A stretch of 64,000 nucleotides of DNA from a virus. Within the stretch, counting starts at the first letter, position 1. Each line of letters opens with the position of its first letter. Below the pieces are notes generated by a model, which did not search any database, was not told the DNA's origin, and saw only the letters and a program-made list of their open reading frames with translations. Location: positions 1-64,000 of the IMG/VR virus record IMGVR_UViG_3300025809_000014; one strand, given 5' to 3'. The translations under genes were made by a program, and so were the position numbers. This document shows positions 44,475 through 55,265 of the stretch, piece by piece.

Positions 44475-46492
44475 AACTAAAAAGCATAGACTATAAGGAT
44501 TGGATGATTAATCAGAAAAGAATTCCTGATAAAGATTCTGAAGAATACAAACCTTTCTATGACTTTCATAAAGAGTTATGTATGAACGGATGTATGATGG
44601 ATGGTACATATATAAACCCATTCCTATACTGGCACTTAAATGCTTGGCATACAGAAGTTGATATTATAGATGAATATGGTAGAATCAATCAGAAGTATGC
44701 TAACCCACTACTTAGAGATAATGAATGGTTAGTAACTAATGAAATAGATAGAGCCCATAAAGAAAAGAAAGGATTAGTAATACTAGGAATTAGACGTTTT
44801 GCTAAATCTGTAATAGAAGCAAGTTATATTGCTCAAGGTGCAACCTTTGATGAAAACTCTCAGAATATTATTGCAGGACTAAACGCACCTGATATTAAAC
44901 TTATTACTGATAAGATTGATAAAGGTTTAAACTTTTTACCTAAAGCTTGGAGGTGGCAGAGAGTAGAAGATAACTGGAAAAATCAAGTTACCTTAGGAAT
45001 TAAAACTAGAGGTGGTGAAAGAATTCCATTTTCACAAATACTTGTTCGTAACTTAGATGATGGTAACAATGAAGAGGCTATTGCAGGTACAAAACCTAGA
45101 AGACTAATCATTGATGAAATAGGTAAAGGATCTTTTCTTCGTGGACTACAAGCTGCAATACCTGGATTTACAACACCATTTGGATGGGGATGTAGTCCTA
45201 TACTTACAGGAACAGGTGGAGATATGAAAAAGTTCATGGATGCAAAATCTTTAATGTTTGATGTAGATAACTTTAACTTTCTTACATACAATAATGCAAA
45301 AGATAATAAACGTATACACGGATTATTCATCTCACATAAATATAGAATGGAAGCTAAAGAGGATTCAACTCTTGGAGCTTTTTTAGATAAGCCTAAATCA
45401 TCTGAACTGCACAATGTAGAGATGATGGTATCTAATGAAGAACTAGCTAATAAAGTTACTAATGAAAACTTAGAAAGATTAAAAAAGGCTGGAGATAGAC
45501 TAGCTTATCTAAAAGAAAAGATGTACTATCCACAAGAGGTAGATGATATATTCTTAAATGAAGACACAAACATCTTTGATATAGAAGCAGCTAAACGTCA
45601 GAAGCATAGATTAATAGAAGGTGAAAGAACAGGAACTCCTGTTATATTATATGATGATGGTGAAGGTGTAAAGCATGATTTTACAGATAAGCGCCCTATT
45701 CTTAACTTTCCATTGAAGCATACAGATTTAAAAGATGCTCCTGTAATTATTTATGAATTTCCTGTAGATGATCCACCTTATGGCCTATATGTTGCAGGTA
45801 TTGACCCTTATAGACAGGGTAAATCAGCATATAGTTCATCATTAGGATCAGTATACATATATAAACGTATGCATGCTATATCTGGTGAGAAATACCAAGA
45901 TATGTTTGTAGCTAGTTATTGTGCACGTCCAGATAAGAAAGAAACCTGGGAAAATCAAGCACGATACTTAATAAAATATTACAATGCAAGAGCATTGTGT
46001 GAAAATGATGAAATATCATTTATAGATCACATGATAAGTAAAGGAGATGCTCAATATTTGGAAAGACAACCTACATGGTTAAAAGAAATAGTACCAAACA
46101 CTACCGTAAGACGTGATTATGGTATACATAGATCATCTGAAAAGATTAGAGACTTCTTACATGGTTGTCTCAAGAAGTACACAGAAGAAATTGTACACTC
46201 TGAGACTAACGAAGATGGTGAGGTTGTTTCTCAAATTAAAGGTATGGCTAAAGTGTTAGATCCTGTACTACTAGAAGAAATGATACAGTATAATGAATCA
46301 GGTAACTTTGACCGAATCATTGCAGCTGAGTTAGCAATTGCGCTAGCTATGAAACTAGATCCCATTCTTGGAAAAGCAGGGGAACAACAGGATGTAAGAT
46401 TAACATCTATGGTCAACCGAAACAAAAAAAATAAACTATTTACACAATCCAGAGGGTTGTTTAATAGAAAGAAAAATAAACTTTTTTCATAA
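44471..46492 (+). CDS. terL: Terminase large subunit
   Basis: GIRRFAKS (Walker A variant), LIIDEIG (Walker B), TGTGG, AGIDPY nuclease motif, GNFDRI. Confidence 0.92.
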   Translation: MKLKSIDYKDWMINQKRIPDKDSEEYKPFYDFHKELCMNGCMMDGTYINPFLYWHLNAWHTEVDIIDEYGRINQKYANPLLRDNEWLVTNEIDRAHKEKKGLVILGIRRFAKSVIEASYIAQGATFDENSQNIIAGLNAPDIKLITDKIDKGLNFLPKAWRWQRVEDNWKNQVTLGIKTRGGERIPFSQILVRNLDDGNNEEAIAGTKPRRLIIDEIGKGSFLRGLQAAIPGFTTPFGWGCSPILTGTGGDMKKFMDAKSLMFDVDNFNFLTYNNAKDNKRIHGLFISHKYRMEAKEDSTLGAFLDKPKSSELHNVEMMVSNEELANKVTNENLERLKKAGDRLAYLKEKMYYPQEVDDIFLNEDTNIFDIEAAKRQKHRLIEGERTGTPVILYDDGEGVKHDFTDKRPILNFPLKHTDLKDAPVIIYEFPVDDPPYGLYVAGIDPYRQGKSAYSSSLGSVYIYKRMHAISGEKYQDMFVASYCARPDKKETWENQARYLIKYYNARALCENDEISFIDHMISKGDAQYLERQPTWLKEIVPNTTVRRDYGIHRSSEKIRDFLHGCLKKYTEEIVHSETNEDGEVVSQIKGMAKVLDPVLLEEMIQYNESGNFDRIIAAELAIALAMKLDPILGKAGEQQDVRLTSMVNRNKKNKLFTQSRGLFNRKKNKLFS

Positions 46493-49077
46493 TGGCAATT
46501 ATAAGATATACAAAAGAAGACAATGTCAAGTATGCTTACCTAAACATCTTTCCTGACCAGTTTAAAACTGAGAAGCAGAAGAAAGATGATAGTTGGGTAA
46601 AGAATACTATGGATTACTTTGCAAATAAGGCATATTCAGAATATGTAAAAAATAGAGACACATTTGTAAAGAACTATGATCTCATGAAAGGAATATTAAG
46701 AAAAGAAGATTTCTTAATTGATGAGCCAGAGGTTAAAAGTTTTACAGATATGTTAGAGAAAGATATAGATCTTCCTGCATATGTAAAACATTATTCAATC
46801 ATTACTACTCCTGTAAACGAACTAGTGGGTGAGATATCAAAACGCCCTGATTCATTTAGAGTGAAAGCATTTGATGATGACAGTCAAGCCCAAGAGTTAC
46901 AGTTTAAAACAGATACATTACAAGCTTATATAATCAATCAAGTTAAACAGCAAGTGATGGCAAAAGCTTCCATAAGTGGTCAAGAAGTATCTATGGAAGA
47001 TATTGAGGCAATCACTATGGAGCAAGTAAAAGATCAGCTAGATAGTTACACATCTGTTGCTGAAAAGTGGGCTAATCACACACTTACATCAAATAAAGCA
47101 GACTTTAACGTAAAAGAAATGTCAGAGGATGCTTTTAGAGATTTACTAATATCTGCAAGAGAGTTTTATCACATATATGAAGATAACTCTAAACTTGGAT
47201 TTAACATAGAAGTGGCTAACCCAAAGAACACTTGGTTTCTTACAACACCAGATAAAAAATATATATCAGATCCAACAGGAAGATCACAAGGAGCATATGC
47301 TGCAGGTACTGTTGAGGTTATGGAAATCTCAGAAATCATTGAAGCTTTTCCAGATCTAACTAAAGAAGAGATTGATCATTTAAGAAGTTCATTACAAGAC
47401 TATGGACTAATTGATGTACAAGAGTCAAACCTTGGTAATCCAAGTGTTGATCCTGGAATAGATTCTATAAACTATGATACATATGATCCATTAATCTTAC
47501 AGACACGTATGATTATTGAGTCAGAGATGAAAGAGAACAACGATGGATTGCAGGACTTTTTAGGTCTTACATCTAATGTGTCTTCATTTGGATACAAGTA
47601 TGTTGTTGTAAGAAGCTATTGGATATCTAAAAGAAAAATAGGTAAACTTATTTATATAGACGAATTAGGTAATGAACAATCAACTCTTGTAGATGAAACA
47701 TACAAGTCAGGTGATATGCCTACACAAATATCTCTAGAATGGGGATGGGTTAACCAATGGTATCAAGGAACTAAGATTGGTCCAGATATTTATCATGTTA
47801 AACCATATAAACTTCTAAACTATTGCCCAATTATAGGTACTACGTATGAAGTAAAGAACACAGAGGCACGATCTCTAGTAGATCTAATGAAACCCTTCCA
47901 AGTTATTTATAACGTCTGTATGAATCAATTATACAAGCTTCTAGAAAAAGAAGTTGGTAAGGTTCAATTAATGTCACTTAGACATATCCCTGTTCCTAAA
48001 GATGGAGATGCACAAGATGCACTTGATATTTGGGAAATGGAAGCTCGTGAACGTGGTGTTGTATTTGTTGATGACAGTCCAGAGAATCTTAAGAGTCCAA
48101 GTTCATTTAATCAATTTACATCTTTAGATCTTACAAGAACACAAGAGATACAAGCTCGTTATACACTAGCACAACAAATGAAGGTAGAATGCTGGGAACT
48201 GATTGGTATGTCTAAACAACGTATGGGATCAGTGGCTGCATCAGAAACAGCTACAGGTACAAGAACAGCAATGCAACAAAGTTATTCTCAGACAGAGCCT
48301 CTATTTATTGCTCATGAGTATGTGTTGGGTCAACTATACCAATCTATTATTGATGCATCTTTATATGTTGAAAGTTCTAAACCAGAATCTACCCTGTCAT
48401 ATATAACAAACGAAGGAGAATCTGCATTTGTTCAAGTGAATGGATCAGAGTTAAAACTTCGTGACTTAAAAGTGTTCTTAACTAATAGACCTGAGGATAC
48501 TCAAATGTTTAATGAACTTAGACAACTATCTCAAGCTATTATTCAGAACGGTGGCACACTTTATGATGTAATCGAGCTTTACAGTACTAAGTCTATGAGA
48601 GATATGAAGAAAACTTTCAAGGATCTTAGAGATAGACAAGTACAACAGCAGCAACAACAGATGGAGTTGCAACAAAAACAACAAGAGCAACAAGGTCAAA
48701 TTGCACAAGCTCAAATGCAAGAAGCTGCTAGAATGACTCAAGAGAAACAAGCTAATGAAAACTTACAAAACGAACTAGATCGTGTGAACAAAAAAGAGAT
48801 TGCAATGATAAATGCAATGTCTAAAGAAGGTGGAGCAAGTGCTGATCTTGATGACTCAGGTACACCAGATTCACTAGAGATAGAGAAATTAGCATCTCAA
48901 CAATCTAAAGCTCAAAAAGATTATGAAAGTAAAATGGCTGATATAAATTCAAAAAATACTTTAGCTCAGCAAAAGTTACAGATTGAAAGAGAGAAAATAA
49001 AATTAGCTCGTGACAATCAAGCAAATGATCTTGCTGTAGCAAAAGAAAATGCAAAAGGTAGAAATAAGAAAAACTAA
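46492..49077 (+). CDS. Portal protein (crAss-like)
   Basis: 861 aa, TAATG-coupled to TerL; SLVDLMKPFQ..YN, IG...QRMG, Gln-rich C-terminal coiled coil. Confidence 0.88.
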   Translation: MAIIRYTKEDNVKYAYLNIFPDQFKTEKQKKDDSWVKNTMDYFANKAYSEYVKNRDTFVKNYDLMKGILRKEDFLIDEPEVKSFTDMLEKDIDLPAYVKHYSIITTPVNELVGEISKRPDSFRVKAFDDDSQAQELQFKTDTLQAYIINQVKQQVMAKASISGQEVSMEDIEAITMEQVKDQLDSYTSVAEKWANHTLTSNKADFNVKEMSEDAFRDLLISAREFYHIYEDNSKLGFNIEVANPKNTWFLTTPDKKYISDPTGRSQGAYAAGTVEVMEISEIIEAFPDLTKEEIDHLRSSLQDYGLIDVQESNLGNPSVDPGIDSINYDTYDPLILQTRMIIESEMKENNDGLQDFLGLTSNVSSFGYKYVVVRSYWISKRKIGKLIYIDELGNEQSTLVDETYKSGDMPTQISLEWGWVNQWYQGTKIGPDIYHVKPYKLLNYCPIIGTTYEVKNTEARSLVDLMKPFQVIYNVCMNQLYKLLEKEVGKVQLMSLRHIPVPKDGDAQDALDIWEMEARERGVVFVDDSPENLKSPSSFNQFTSLDLTRTQEIQARYTLAQQMKVECWELIGMSKQRMGSVAASETATGTRTAMQQSYSQTEPLFIAHEYVLGQLYQSIIDASLYVESSKPESTLSYITNEGESAFVQVNGSELKLRDLKVFLTNRPEDTQMFNELRQLSQAIIQNGGTLYDVIELYSTKSMRDMKKTFKDLRDRQVQQQQQQMELQQKQQEQQGQIAQAQMQEAARMTQEKQANENLQNELDRVNKKEIAMINAMSKEGGASADLDDSGTPDSLEIEKLASQQSKAQKDYESKMADINSKNTLAQQKLQIEREKIKLARDNQANDLAVAKENAKGRNKKN

Positions 49078-49151
49078 TTAATTAAATTAGGAGAGTAGAA
49101 AATATTAATGCTATATTATCTAGAAAAGTTGTAAGAAAGGATAAAATATAC

Positions 49152-49182
49152 TTTGATATTAGATACTCTTAGCTTAGTTTTA
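49152..49182 (+). promoter_or_regulatory. Promoter candidate for the scaffold/capsid operon
   Basis: TTTG-N19-TAGTTTTA (one mismatch to TAnnTTTG). Confidence 0.45.
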
Positions 49183-49220
49183 CATAAGTAAACCAAATAC
49201 ATAACAAAATACAACTACAT

Positions 49221-50507
49221 ATGTCTGATAATTTAGATAAACTCGGTGATTTCGGTATTCAAGATACTGTTGAAGCTGGTGCAGGAGATACTCAATTATT
49301 GAATGATCTACTTGCTCCAGAAACTGCTTCAGGTGACCCTGATGATGTTGAACCTATAGTGAATGAAATAGATTCTCCAAAACAGGAAGTAAACAATGAT
49401 CCCCCAAGAGGTAAAGATATCACACCACCAAAAAGTGCGGATGGTAAAACTGATGAAGAAAAACAAACAGGAGAATCTTTAATAGCTGACTTTTTAAGTG
49501 ATGTTCCAGAAGAGGAAGAGGCTGAGAAAGAAGTTACTTCTAAAAAAGAAACAAAAGCAAAAGATACACCTGTTGAGGAAGATGTTGAAGAAGATCTTGA
49601 AGAAGAGGAACCTAAAGAAGGAAATCAATTCACTGCATTAGCTAATGATTTATTTAACTTGGGAGTCTTTACAAAAGAGAACGAGGAAGAAGTATCAATA
49701 AATACTCCAGAAGAATTTCTAGAAAGATTTACTGCTGAAAAGAAAAAAGGAGCATCTGAGATAGTTCAAAACTTCATTGGTCAATTTGGAGAAGATTACC
49801 AACAAGCCTTTGAATCTATCTTTGTAAAAGGTGTAGATCCTAAAGAGTATTTCGGAACATACAATCAAATTGTAAGTTTTACTGAAATGGATTTATCTAA
49901 AGAAAATAATCAAGTATCAATAATGAAACAAGCATTAGCTGATCAAGGATTTGAACCAGAAGACATAGGTAAAGAAATTGAAAGATTACAAAATTACGGT
50001 GATTTAGAAGCCGTATCTACAAGACATCATAAGGTGTTAGTAAAGAAAGAAGCTAAAAAGCTTCAACAACTAGATAAAGAAGCTGAACAGGTTGAGCAAC
50101 AAAAAGTTGCTATTAAGAGCCAATATGTAAATAATGTTCAGACTATTTTAAATGATAAGCTAAAAGAAAAAGAGTTTGATGGTATTCCAATCAACCCTAA
50201 CTTAGCAAACGAACTACAAGACTTCCTATTAGTAGACAAGTGGAAAACTCCTGCTGGAGAAAATCTCACTGACTTTGATCGTGCTATCTTAGATTTGAAA
50301 AGACCTGAGAATCATGAAATGAAAGTAAAGGTGGGGCTTTTGATGAAGATTTTAGAAAAAGATCCTACCCTAACTACTATACAGAGAACTGGTGTGACTA
50401 AAAAGTCCAATCAGTTATTTGGGGAAGTAGCTAGGCAAGTAACTAGGAGCAAGTCAGCTTCTAAGACTTCAAACAAAAAGACCAAACCTAATTCATGGTT
50501 TTTATAA
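49221..50507 (+). CDS. Capsid scaffolding protein candidate
   Basis: Acidic disordered N-terminus plus coiled coil, between portal and capsid genes. Confidence 0.65.
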   Translation: MSDNLDKLGDFGIQDTVEAGAGDTQLLNDLLAPETASGDPDDVEPIVNEIDSPKQEVNNDPPRGKDITPPKSADGKTDEEKQTGESLIADFLSDVPEEEEAEKEVTSKKETKAKDTPVEEDVEEDLEEEEPKEGNQFTALANDLFNLGVFTKENEEEVSINTPEEFLERFTAEKKKGASEIVQNFIGQFGEDYQQAFESIFVKGVDPKEYFGTYNQIVSFTEMDLSKENNQVSIMKQALADQGFEPEDIGKEIERLQNYGDLEAVSTRHHKVLVKKEAKKLQQLDKEAEQVEQQKVAIKSQYVNNVQTILNDKLKEKEFDGIPINPNLANELQDFLLVDKWKTPAGENLTDFDRAILDLKRPENHEMKVKVGLLMKILEKDPTLTTIQRTGVTKKSNQLFGEVARQVTRSKSASKTSNKKTKPNSWFL

Positions 50508-50533
50508 TAATTTAATAATTTAAAACGAATAAA

Positions 50534-52087
50534 ATGGCAATTCAAACAATCCCAGGTCTAACTGGTTTTACTTATGCACGAGTAGCTTCTATGGATAAGC
50601 GTGCTGTAGGAAAACTAACAGACGCAAATCACTTAGAGTCTTTCCACTCTACTGAGCCTGCGGACTATGATAAAAAGATTATCAGTCTGTATACTCAATC
50701 TTCATTGTATAGCAATGATTTCCTTGACATGATCAACAAAAGCACTCCTTATTATATTGATAATAATAGTGATGCTTGGAAATGGAAAATCGCTGTACCT
50801 TACAAATTCCCAAAAATCATTGATATTCCTGATTCAACAGCTGCTATGGCTAAACCAGGTATTGATGGTCAAGAGTTTCAGTTAATACTTGATACTAACG
50901 AATTCTCTAAAAATGCTATTATATCTGTAGGAACACGTCAGTATGGACCACGTTTCTACGTAATTAAAGATCCACAGCCTTGGAATGCTGGATTTATTTA
51001 CACATTTACTTTAGTAAGTGACAACCCAACTGTAGATTTTGTAAGCTCTACTTTCTTATCTACTGGTATCGAATTAGAATTAGTTGATGCTGCAATTGGA
51101 GAGTTTGACCAAGATTTATTAGGACTTCCAAGATTGGGCGAAGAGATCACTATGTTTGAATCATTAGGTTCTGCATATGGATACGAGCACAAAATTACTG
51201 AATGGGCTGATGACAAAATGTTACGTGATTCTTCAGGTAAAGCATTAGACATCTTAGTATATGCTCCACAAAGACGTAATCAACTACCTTTAACAAGAAA
51301 TGATGTTAAATGGGAGCCTTTCGTTGAGTTCTGGATGCGTAAGTCTATGATAGAGTTGAAAGTTAAGAGAATGATCTGGGCTAAGCCTGGAACAGTTAAG
51401 ACTAACGGTTCTAAACAAGAATTAAAAAGAACTTCTGCTGGTGTATACCACAGAATGAGAAATAACGGAAACTTAGTACAATATAATAGAGGTGAGTTCT
51501 CTGCAAACTTGATTCGTTCAGTATTTGGAGACTTATTCTATAGAAGAGTAGACGTTAAAGATCGTAGAGTTAAAATGTATACTAATGAGGCTGGATTCGA
51601 TGTATTCCAACAAGCTCTTAAAGATGATGCACTTAACTCTGGATTAACATTTATGGCTGATTCTGGAAACAGATACATGCAAGGAGAAGGACAGTCTATT
51701 ACTTATAACTTTGCATTTGATGCAATGGTTACTCGTGAGACTGGACGTGTAGAACTTGTTCACTTAAAAGAACTAGATTTGCCACAAACTAATCTAGAAT
51801 TCGGACAAAACAAGAAGTCTACTCCTGTATTCATGGTATTTGATGTTTCTCCTCAGTCTGATGGATCAATGATCAACAACATCCGTGAGGTACGTATGAA
51901 GGGTGCACCTTCTATGACTTGGGGTTATATTGATGGAACTCGTCACCACTTAGGTTTTGCTAAGTCTCAAGGTATGAGCTCTGCTAATAAATTCCCAGGA
52001 TACGAAATCTGGATGAAAGATCGTTGTGATGTATTCATCGAGGATTTATCTAGAACTGTACTTATCGAAGAGATTCCACAGTTCTAA
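50534..52087 (+). CDS. Major capsid protein (crAss-like)
   Basis: 517 aa in the TerL-portal-scaffold-MCP order; MYTNEAG..VF and H..ELD motifs; followed by strong hairpins. Confidence 0.85.
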   Translation: MAIQTIPGLTGFTYARVASMDKRAVGKLTDANHLESFHSTEPADYDKKIISLYTQSSLYSNDFLDMINKSTPYYIDNNSDAWKWKIAVPYKFPKIIDIPDSTAAMAKPGIDGQEFQLILDTNEFSKNAIISVGTRQYGPRFYVIKDPQPWNAGFIYTFTLVSDNPTVDFVSSTFLSTGIELELVDAAIGEFDQDLLGLPRLGEEITMFESLGSAYGYEHKITEWADDKMLRDSSGKALDILVYAPQRRNQLPLTRNDVKWEPFVEFWMRKSMIELKVKRMIWAKPGTVKTNGSKQELKRTSAGVYHRMRNNGNLVQYNRGEFSANLIRSVFGDLFYRRVDVKDRRVKMYTNEAGFDVFQQALKDDALNSGLTFMADSGNRYMQGEGQSITYNFAFDAMVTRETGRVELVHLKELDLPQTNLEFGQNKKSTPVFMVFDVSPQSDGSMINNIREVRMKGAPSMTWGYIDGTRHHLGFAKSQGMSSANKFPGYEIWMKDRCDVFIEDLSRTVLIEEIPQF

Positions 52088-52100
52088 AAAAAGAGATATA

Positions 52101-52232
52101 AAGTTGACTGTCCCTAGTCAACTTTTCTCAGAGAAGAGTCCCCTCATCCCACACTGTCCCTCCTCAGAGGGGATATTCTTCTCGATATAAGAATGCTGAA
52201 TTAAGTTTCTACCTGTTCAATCAGAGCATTCT
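52101..52232 (+). other. Three-hairpin structured intergenic element after the capsid gene
   Basis: Stems 52101-52124, 52131-52183 (21-nt C-rich loop) and 52190-52232. Confidence 0.6.
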
Positions 52233-52268
52233 ACAAATAAATAAACCAAAAACTAATTAAACTACATT

Positions 52269-53237
52269 ATGGGTAAAATAGGAAAAGTTTCTACTATCAA
52301 GAAACAATACAATAGTTCTCAATTGCAAACTATGGATAGTAATCTTGCTCAACAAGGTATGACAAGAATTCCTGGAACAGGAGTTTTTAAGTATCCTTAT
52401 AAAGAGTTAGACGGTAAATACAGAACAGGGCTAGACCCTACTGCTGGATACATTAAACGTATTCAAGATCCTACTGAACAAGAACTAGAAATTGAGCGTG
52501 TTACAGAACTTAGAGATAAATTACAAGCAGTTTTAGGAGATATTGACTTAGGACCAAGAGCTAAATTCTGGAACTATGCATTATCTACAGGAGTAAATGA
52601 TACAATACATGTACAACCTGTAAAACTTTTAGATGGAGATAACTTCTACGATCTAACACAACCTCTTCAAGAGCTAGCTTTTGCATGGTTGAGAGTGCAT
52701 CCAACGGTTGCATCTTCTTATCAAGCATGGGAAAGAGGTGAGTTTCCTGCAGACACACAATTCTATATTGTTAATGATGATATTGAAAATGCAATTGTCT
52801 ACAAGAAAAAACAGCTTATTAACAAAGCTATTATCAAGTTTGACTCAATGAGTCCTGAAAAGAAAAAGAAAGTTTCAAGACTACTTGGGCTTCCTGTAAC
52901 TGATGAGACAAAAGAAGAAGTTGTATATAACCAAGTTGATAACATGTTGAAACAATCTGAAGTTAAGTCTGGAAGCTTTAAAGGGTTAAATCCTGTAGAA
53001 GTATTTAACAGATTTGCTGATATGAAAGAAAATTTACTCCATATTAAAGATTTAATTAAACAAGCTATTCAACATTCAATTTACAGAGTTAAACCGAGTG
53101 GAAAAATCTATGAAGGTGAATACGAAGTAGCAATGGATGAAGAAGAATTATTAAAATATTTGGTAGATGAAGATCACCAAGAAGACTTAATAGTTCTAGA
53201 AAAAAAGTTGAAAACAAAGAAACTAGCTTCTGTATAA
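52269..53237 (+). CDS. Conserved crAss-like protein following the capsid gene
   Basis: Synteny; 322 aa, helical. Confidence 0.6.
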   Translation: MGKIGKVSTIKKQYNSSQLQTMDSNLAQQGMTRIPGTGVFKYPYKELDGKYRTGLDPTAGYIKRIQDPTEQELEIERVTELRDKLQAVLGDIDLGPRAKFWNYALSTGVNDTIHVQPVKLLDGDNFYDLTQPLQELAFAWLRVHPTVASSYQAWERGEFPADTQFYIVNDDIENAIVYKKKQLINKAIIKFDSMSPEKKKKVSRLLGLPVTDETKEEVVYNQVDNMLKQSEVKSGSFKGLNPVEVFNRFADMKENLLHIKDLIKQAIQHSIYRVKPSGKIYEGEYEVAMDEEELLKYLVDEDHQEDLIVLEKKLKTKKLASV

Positions 53238-53249
53238 GAGGCTAGTTTT
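53221..53249 (+). terminator. Intrinsic terminator overlapping the stop codon
   Basis: AACTAGCTTCT/AGAGGCTAGTT stem followed by T's. Confidence 0.65.
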
Positions 53250-53264
53250 AAAACTCTTTTATAA

Positions 53265-53996
53265 ATGATACCAGTAGATAGTTTATTATACAAAATAGAC
53301 CAAAAACTAAATAAACTATCAACTAACGAGCATCAGCAAATTCAACTTGAAGATAAGATCTTAGCTTTGAATGAGGCTCAGATTAAGTTGATAAAACAAA
53401 AAGTTGATGGTTTTGCAATCCCTAACAAACTAGGGTTTGATGCTTTTAAAAAAAGGTACGAAGATTTACAAAATTTAGTTATAGATTTTACAAATCAACC
53501 GCTATCTTTAACAGAAACTAATACCGAACTACATCAATGGGATGCTGATTTAACTTCACTAAAACCTGAATACATGTTTTATGTTGATAGTTATGTATTG
53601 GCTGATAAAGGTAAATGCAAAGATCGTAAGATATGGATTAACAAGGACTTAAGTAAACATGGAGACTTATCTCTCTTACTTAATAATGATCACTACAAGC
53701 CTAGCTTTGAGTATCAAGAAACGTTAAATGCAATATCATCTAACACTATTAGTATATATACTGATGGTACATTTACTCCCAATGATATTTACATAATGTA
53801 TATGAGATATCCTGTGTATATTAACAAAACAGGTTATGTCATGATGGATGGAAATCCATCTACTAATCAAGATTGTGAGCTTGCCTCATATCTAGAAGAC
53901 GAGCTTTTAGATTTGACAGTTCAAAATCTTGCAATGTATACTGAAAACGCTAGTGCGGTGCAAAGTGCACAATTCAGAATACAAACTAATGAATAA
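53265..53996 (+). CDS. Neck/ring (head-tail adaptor) protein candidate
   Basis: LNEAQ...Y.RYP...CEL...L.DE..DL.V pattern; synteny. Confidence 0.6.
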   Translation: MIPVDSLLYKIDQKLNKLSTNEHQQIQLEDKILALNEAQIKLIKQKVDGFAIPNKLGFDAFKKRYEDLQNLVIDFTNQPLSLTETNTELHQWDADLTSLKPEYMFYVDSYVLADKGKCKDRKIWINKDLSKHGDLSLLLNNDHYKPSFEYQETLNAISSNTISIYTDGTFTPNDIYIMYMRYPVYINKTGYVMMDGNPSTNQDCELASYLEDELLDLTVQNLAMYTENASAVQSAQFRIQTNE

Positions 53997-54026
53997 AAAT
54001 TAATTATTAACCTTAAATCATAAACA

Positions 54027-55169
54027 ATGGCTGATTTTTCATTAACCACGTTATTCGTGGTGCCAGTAGGGCAAACTGCTGTCCCTAGCTCTGGTTCGAC
54101 TCAAGATTTAACTGCAGGAACTGTAGGAATCTTTGATCAAAATTATGCAACTGTAACTGCTGCTGCTGGAGCAAATCCTGCTAGTGATGCAAAGTACATT
54201 TACATCGCTCAAGGTAGAGCAAACACTTATTTACAAGGATCTAAAAGATCTGACAAGATTAAAGGATGCCCAACAGCTGGTGCTTCCTGCAATTCAAATG
54301 TAACAGAATGGTACAAAGTATCAGGTTGTGCTACTGCTGCTAATCAAATTACTGATGTAACAGACTTCAAAGTACAATGTGGTGAAATCGTAACTTTAAC
54401 ATTACGTGCTCACTCTTCTTACATTGATACACTATACTTCAATGGATTTACACGTTCTGTAACTGTAAATGCTCCATGTTGTGAATGTGGTGGTGATGTA
54501 TGTACTGATGTAGATGTTAACGCATTAATCAACTCTCTAATTGTTAAATTACAACAAGAGGCTCCTGGAGATAATCCAGACAACGTTTCTTTCAACTCTT
54601 TCTTTACTTTTGAAAATGTTGGTGGAACTAAACTTAGAATCGAAGGTAAACCATTAACTAAATATGGTCAACCTTGTGATGTTGCTGCATTCCCATTCGA
54701 GTATGACAGAATGTACTTCAGTACTTTTGTATACGATGGACCAGCTACAACTGCTGATTTTATTGTTGCTGACGCTTGTAATATCGTTGCTAACTCTGCT
54801 GTAGTCCAAAAAGCATCTTATGCTTCTGGAGGATCTGAAGAATTCAAGCAATTAGAAAAGAACTTCTACAGCTACCAAGCTGGATATTTAAAGTCACTAT
54901 ATAGAATGGGTGGCTACAATGAGAACTTTGAATCTTATGTGACTGATGGAGTTGTTTACGATAGCTACTACATTAGATTTAACCAATTAGATAAGGCAGC
55001 TTATCAATGGGGAGATTACATCATGCAAGACTCAACTGTAATCATTGCTGTACCTAATGCTGACACAAGTGGAATTGCTGCTCTTATTGAGCCAATCCTA
55101 GAAGATGCTTTAGGACTTGTTGATGATGACAACACTTGTATTACAACTACGACTACTGCTGCTGCTTAA
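54027..55169 (+). CDS. Structural protein (auxiliary capsid/decoration candidate) with C-terminal Thr5
   Basis: 380 aa, beta-rich, Cys pairs, own terminator; ends CITTTTTAAA. Confidence 0.6.
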   Translation: MADFSLTTLFVVPVGQTAVPSSGSTQDLTAGTVGIFDQNYATVTAAAGANPASDAKYIYIAQGRANTYLQGSKRSDKIKGCPTAGASCNSNVTEWYKVSGCATAANQITDVTDFKVQCGEIVTLTLRAHSSYIDTLYFNGFTRSVTVNAPCCECGGDVCTDVDVNALINSLIVKLQQEAPGDNPDNVSFNSFFTFENVGGTKLRIEGKPLTKYGQPCDVAAFPFEYDRMYFSTFVYDGPATTADFIVADACNIVANSAVVQKASYASGGSEEFKQLEKNFYSYQAGYLKSLYRMGGYNENFESYVTDGVVYDSYYIRFNQLDKAAYQWGDYIMQDSTVIIAVPNADTSGIAALIEPILEDALGLVDDDNTCITTTTTAAA

Positions 55170-55208
55170 ACAGCGTCAGAAGTAGGGATAGAACATTAAC
55201 ATAAACCT

Positions 55209-55254
55209 ATGCCAGAGGTGAGAGGATTATCTCATATCCTCTGGCATTTTTTTT
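55209..55254 (+). terminator. Intrinsic terminator
   Basis: ATGCCAGAGG...CCTCTGGCAT followed by a T-tract. Confidence 0.85.
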
Positions 55255-55265
55255 AAAACAATAGT

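Noticed and set aside
48635-48720. CAA/CAG-rich poly-Gln tract in the portal gene
   Set aside because: Typical of the C-terminal coiled-coil barrel of podovirus-type portals; not a separate element.
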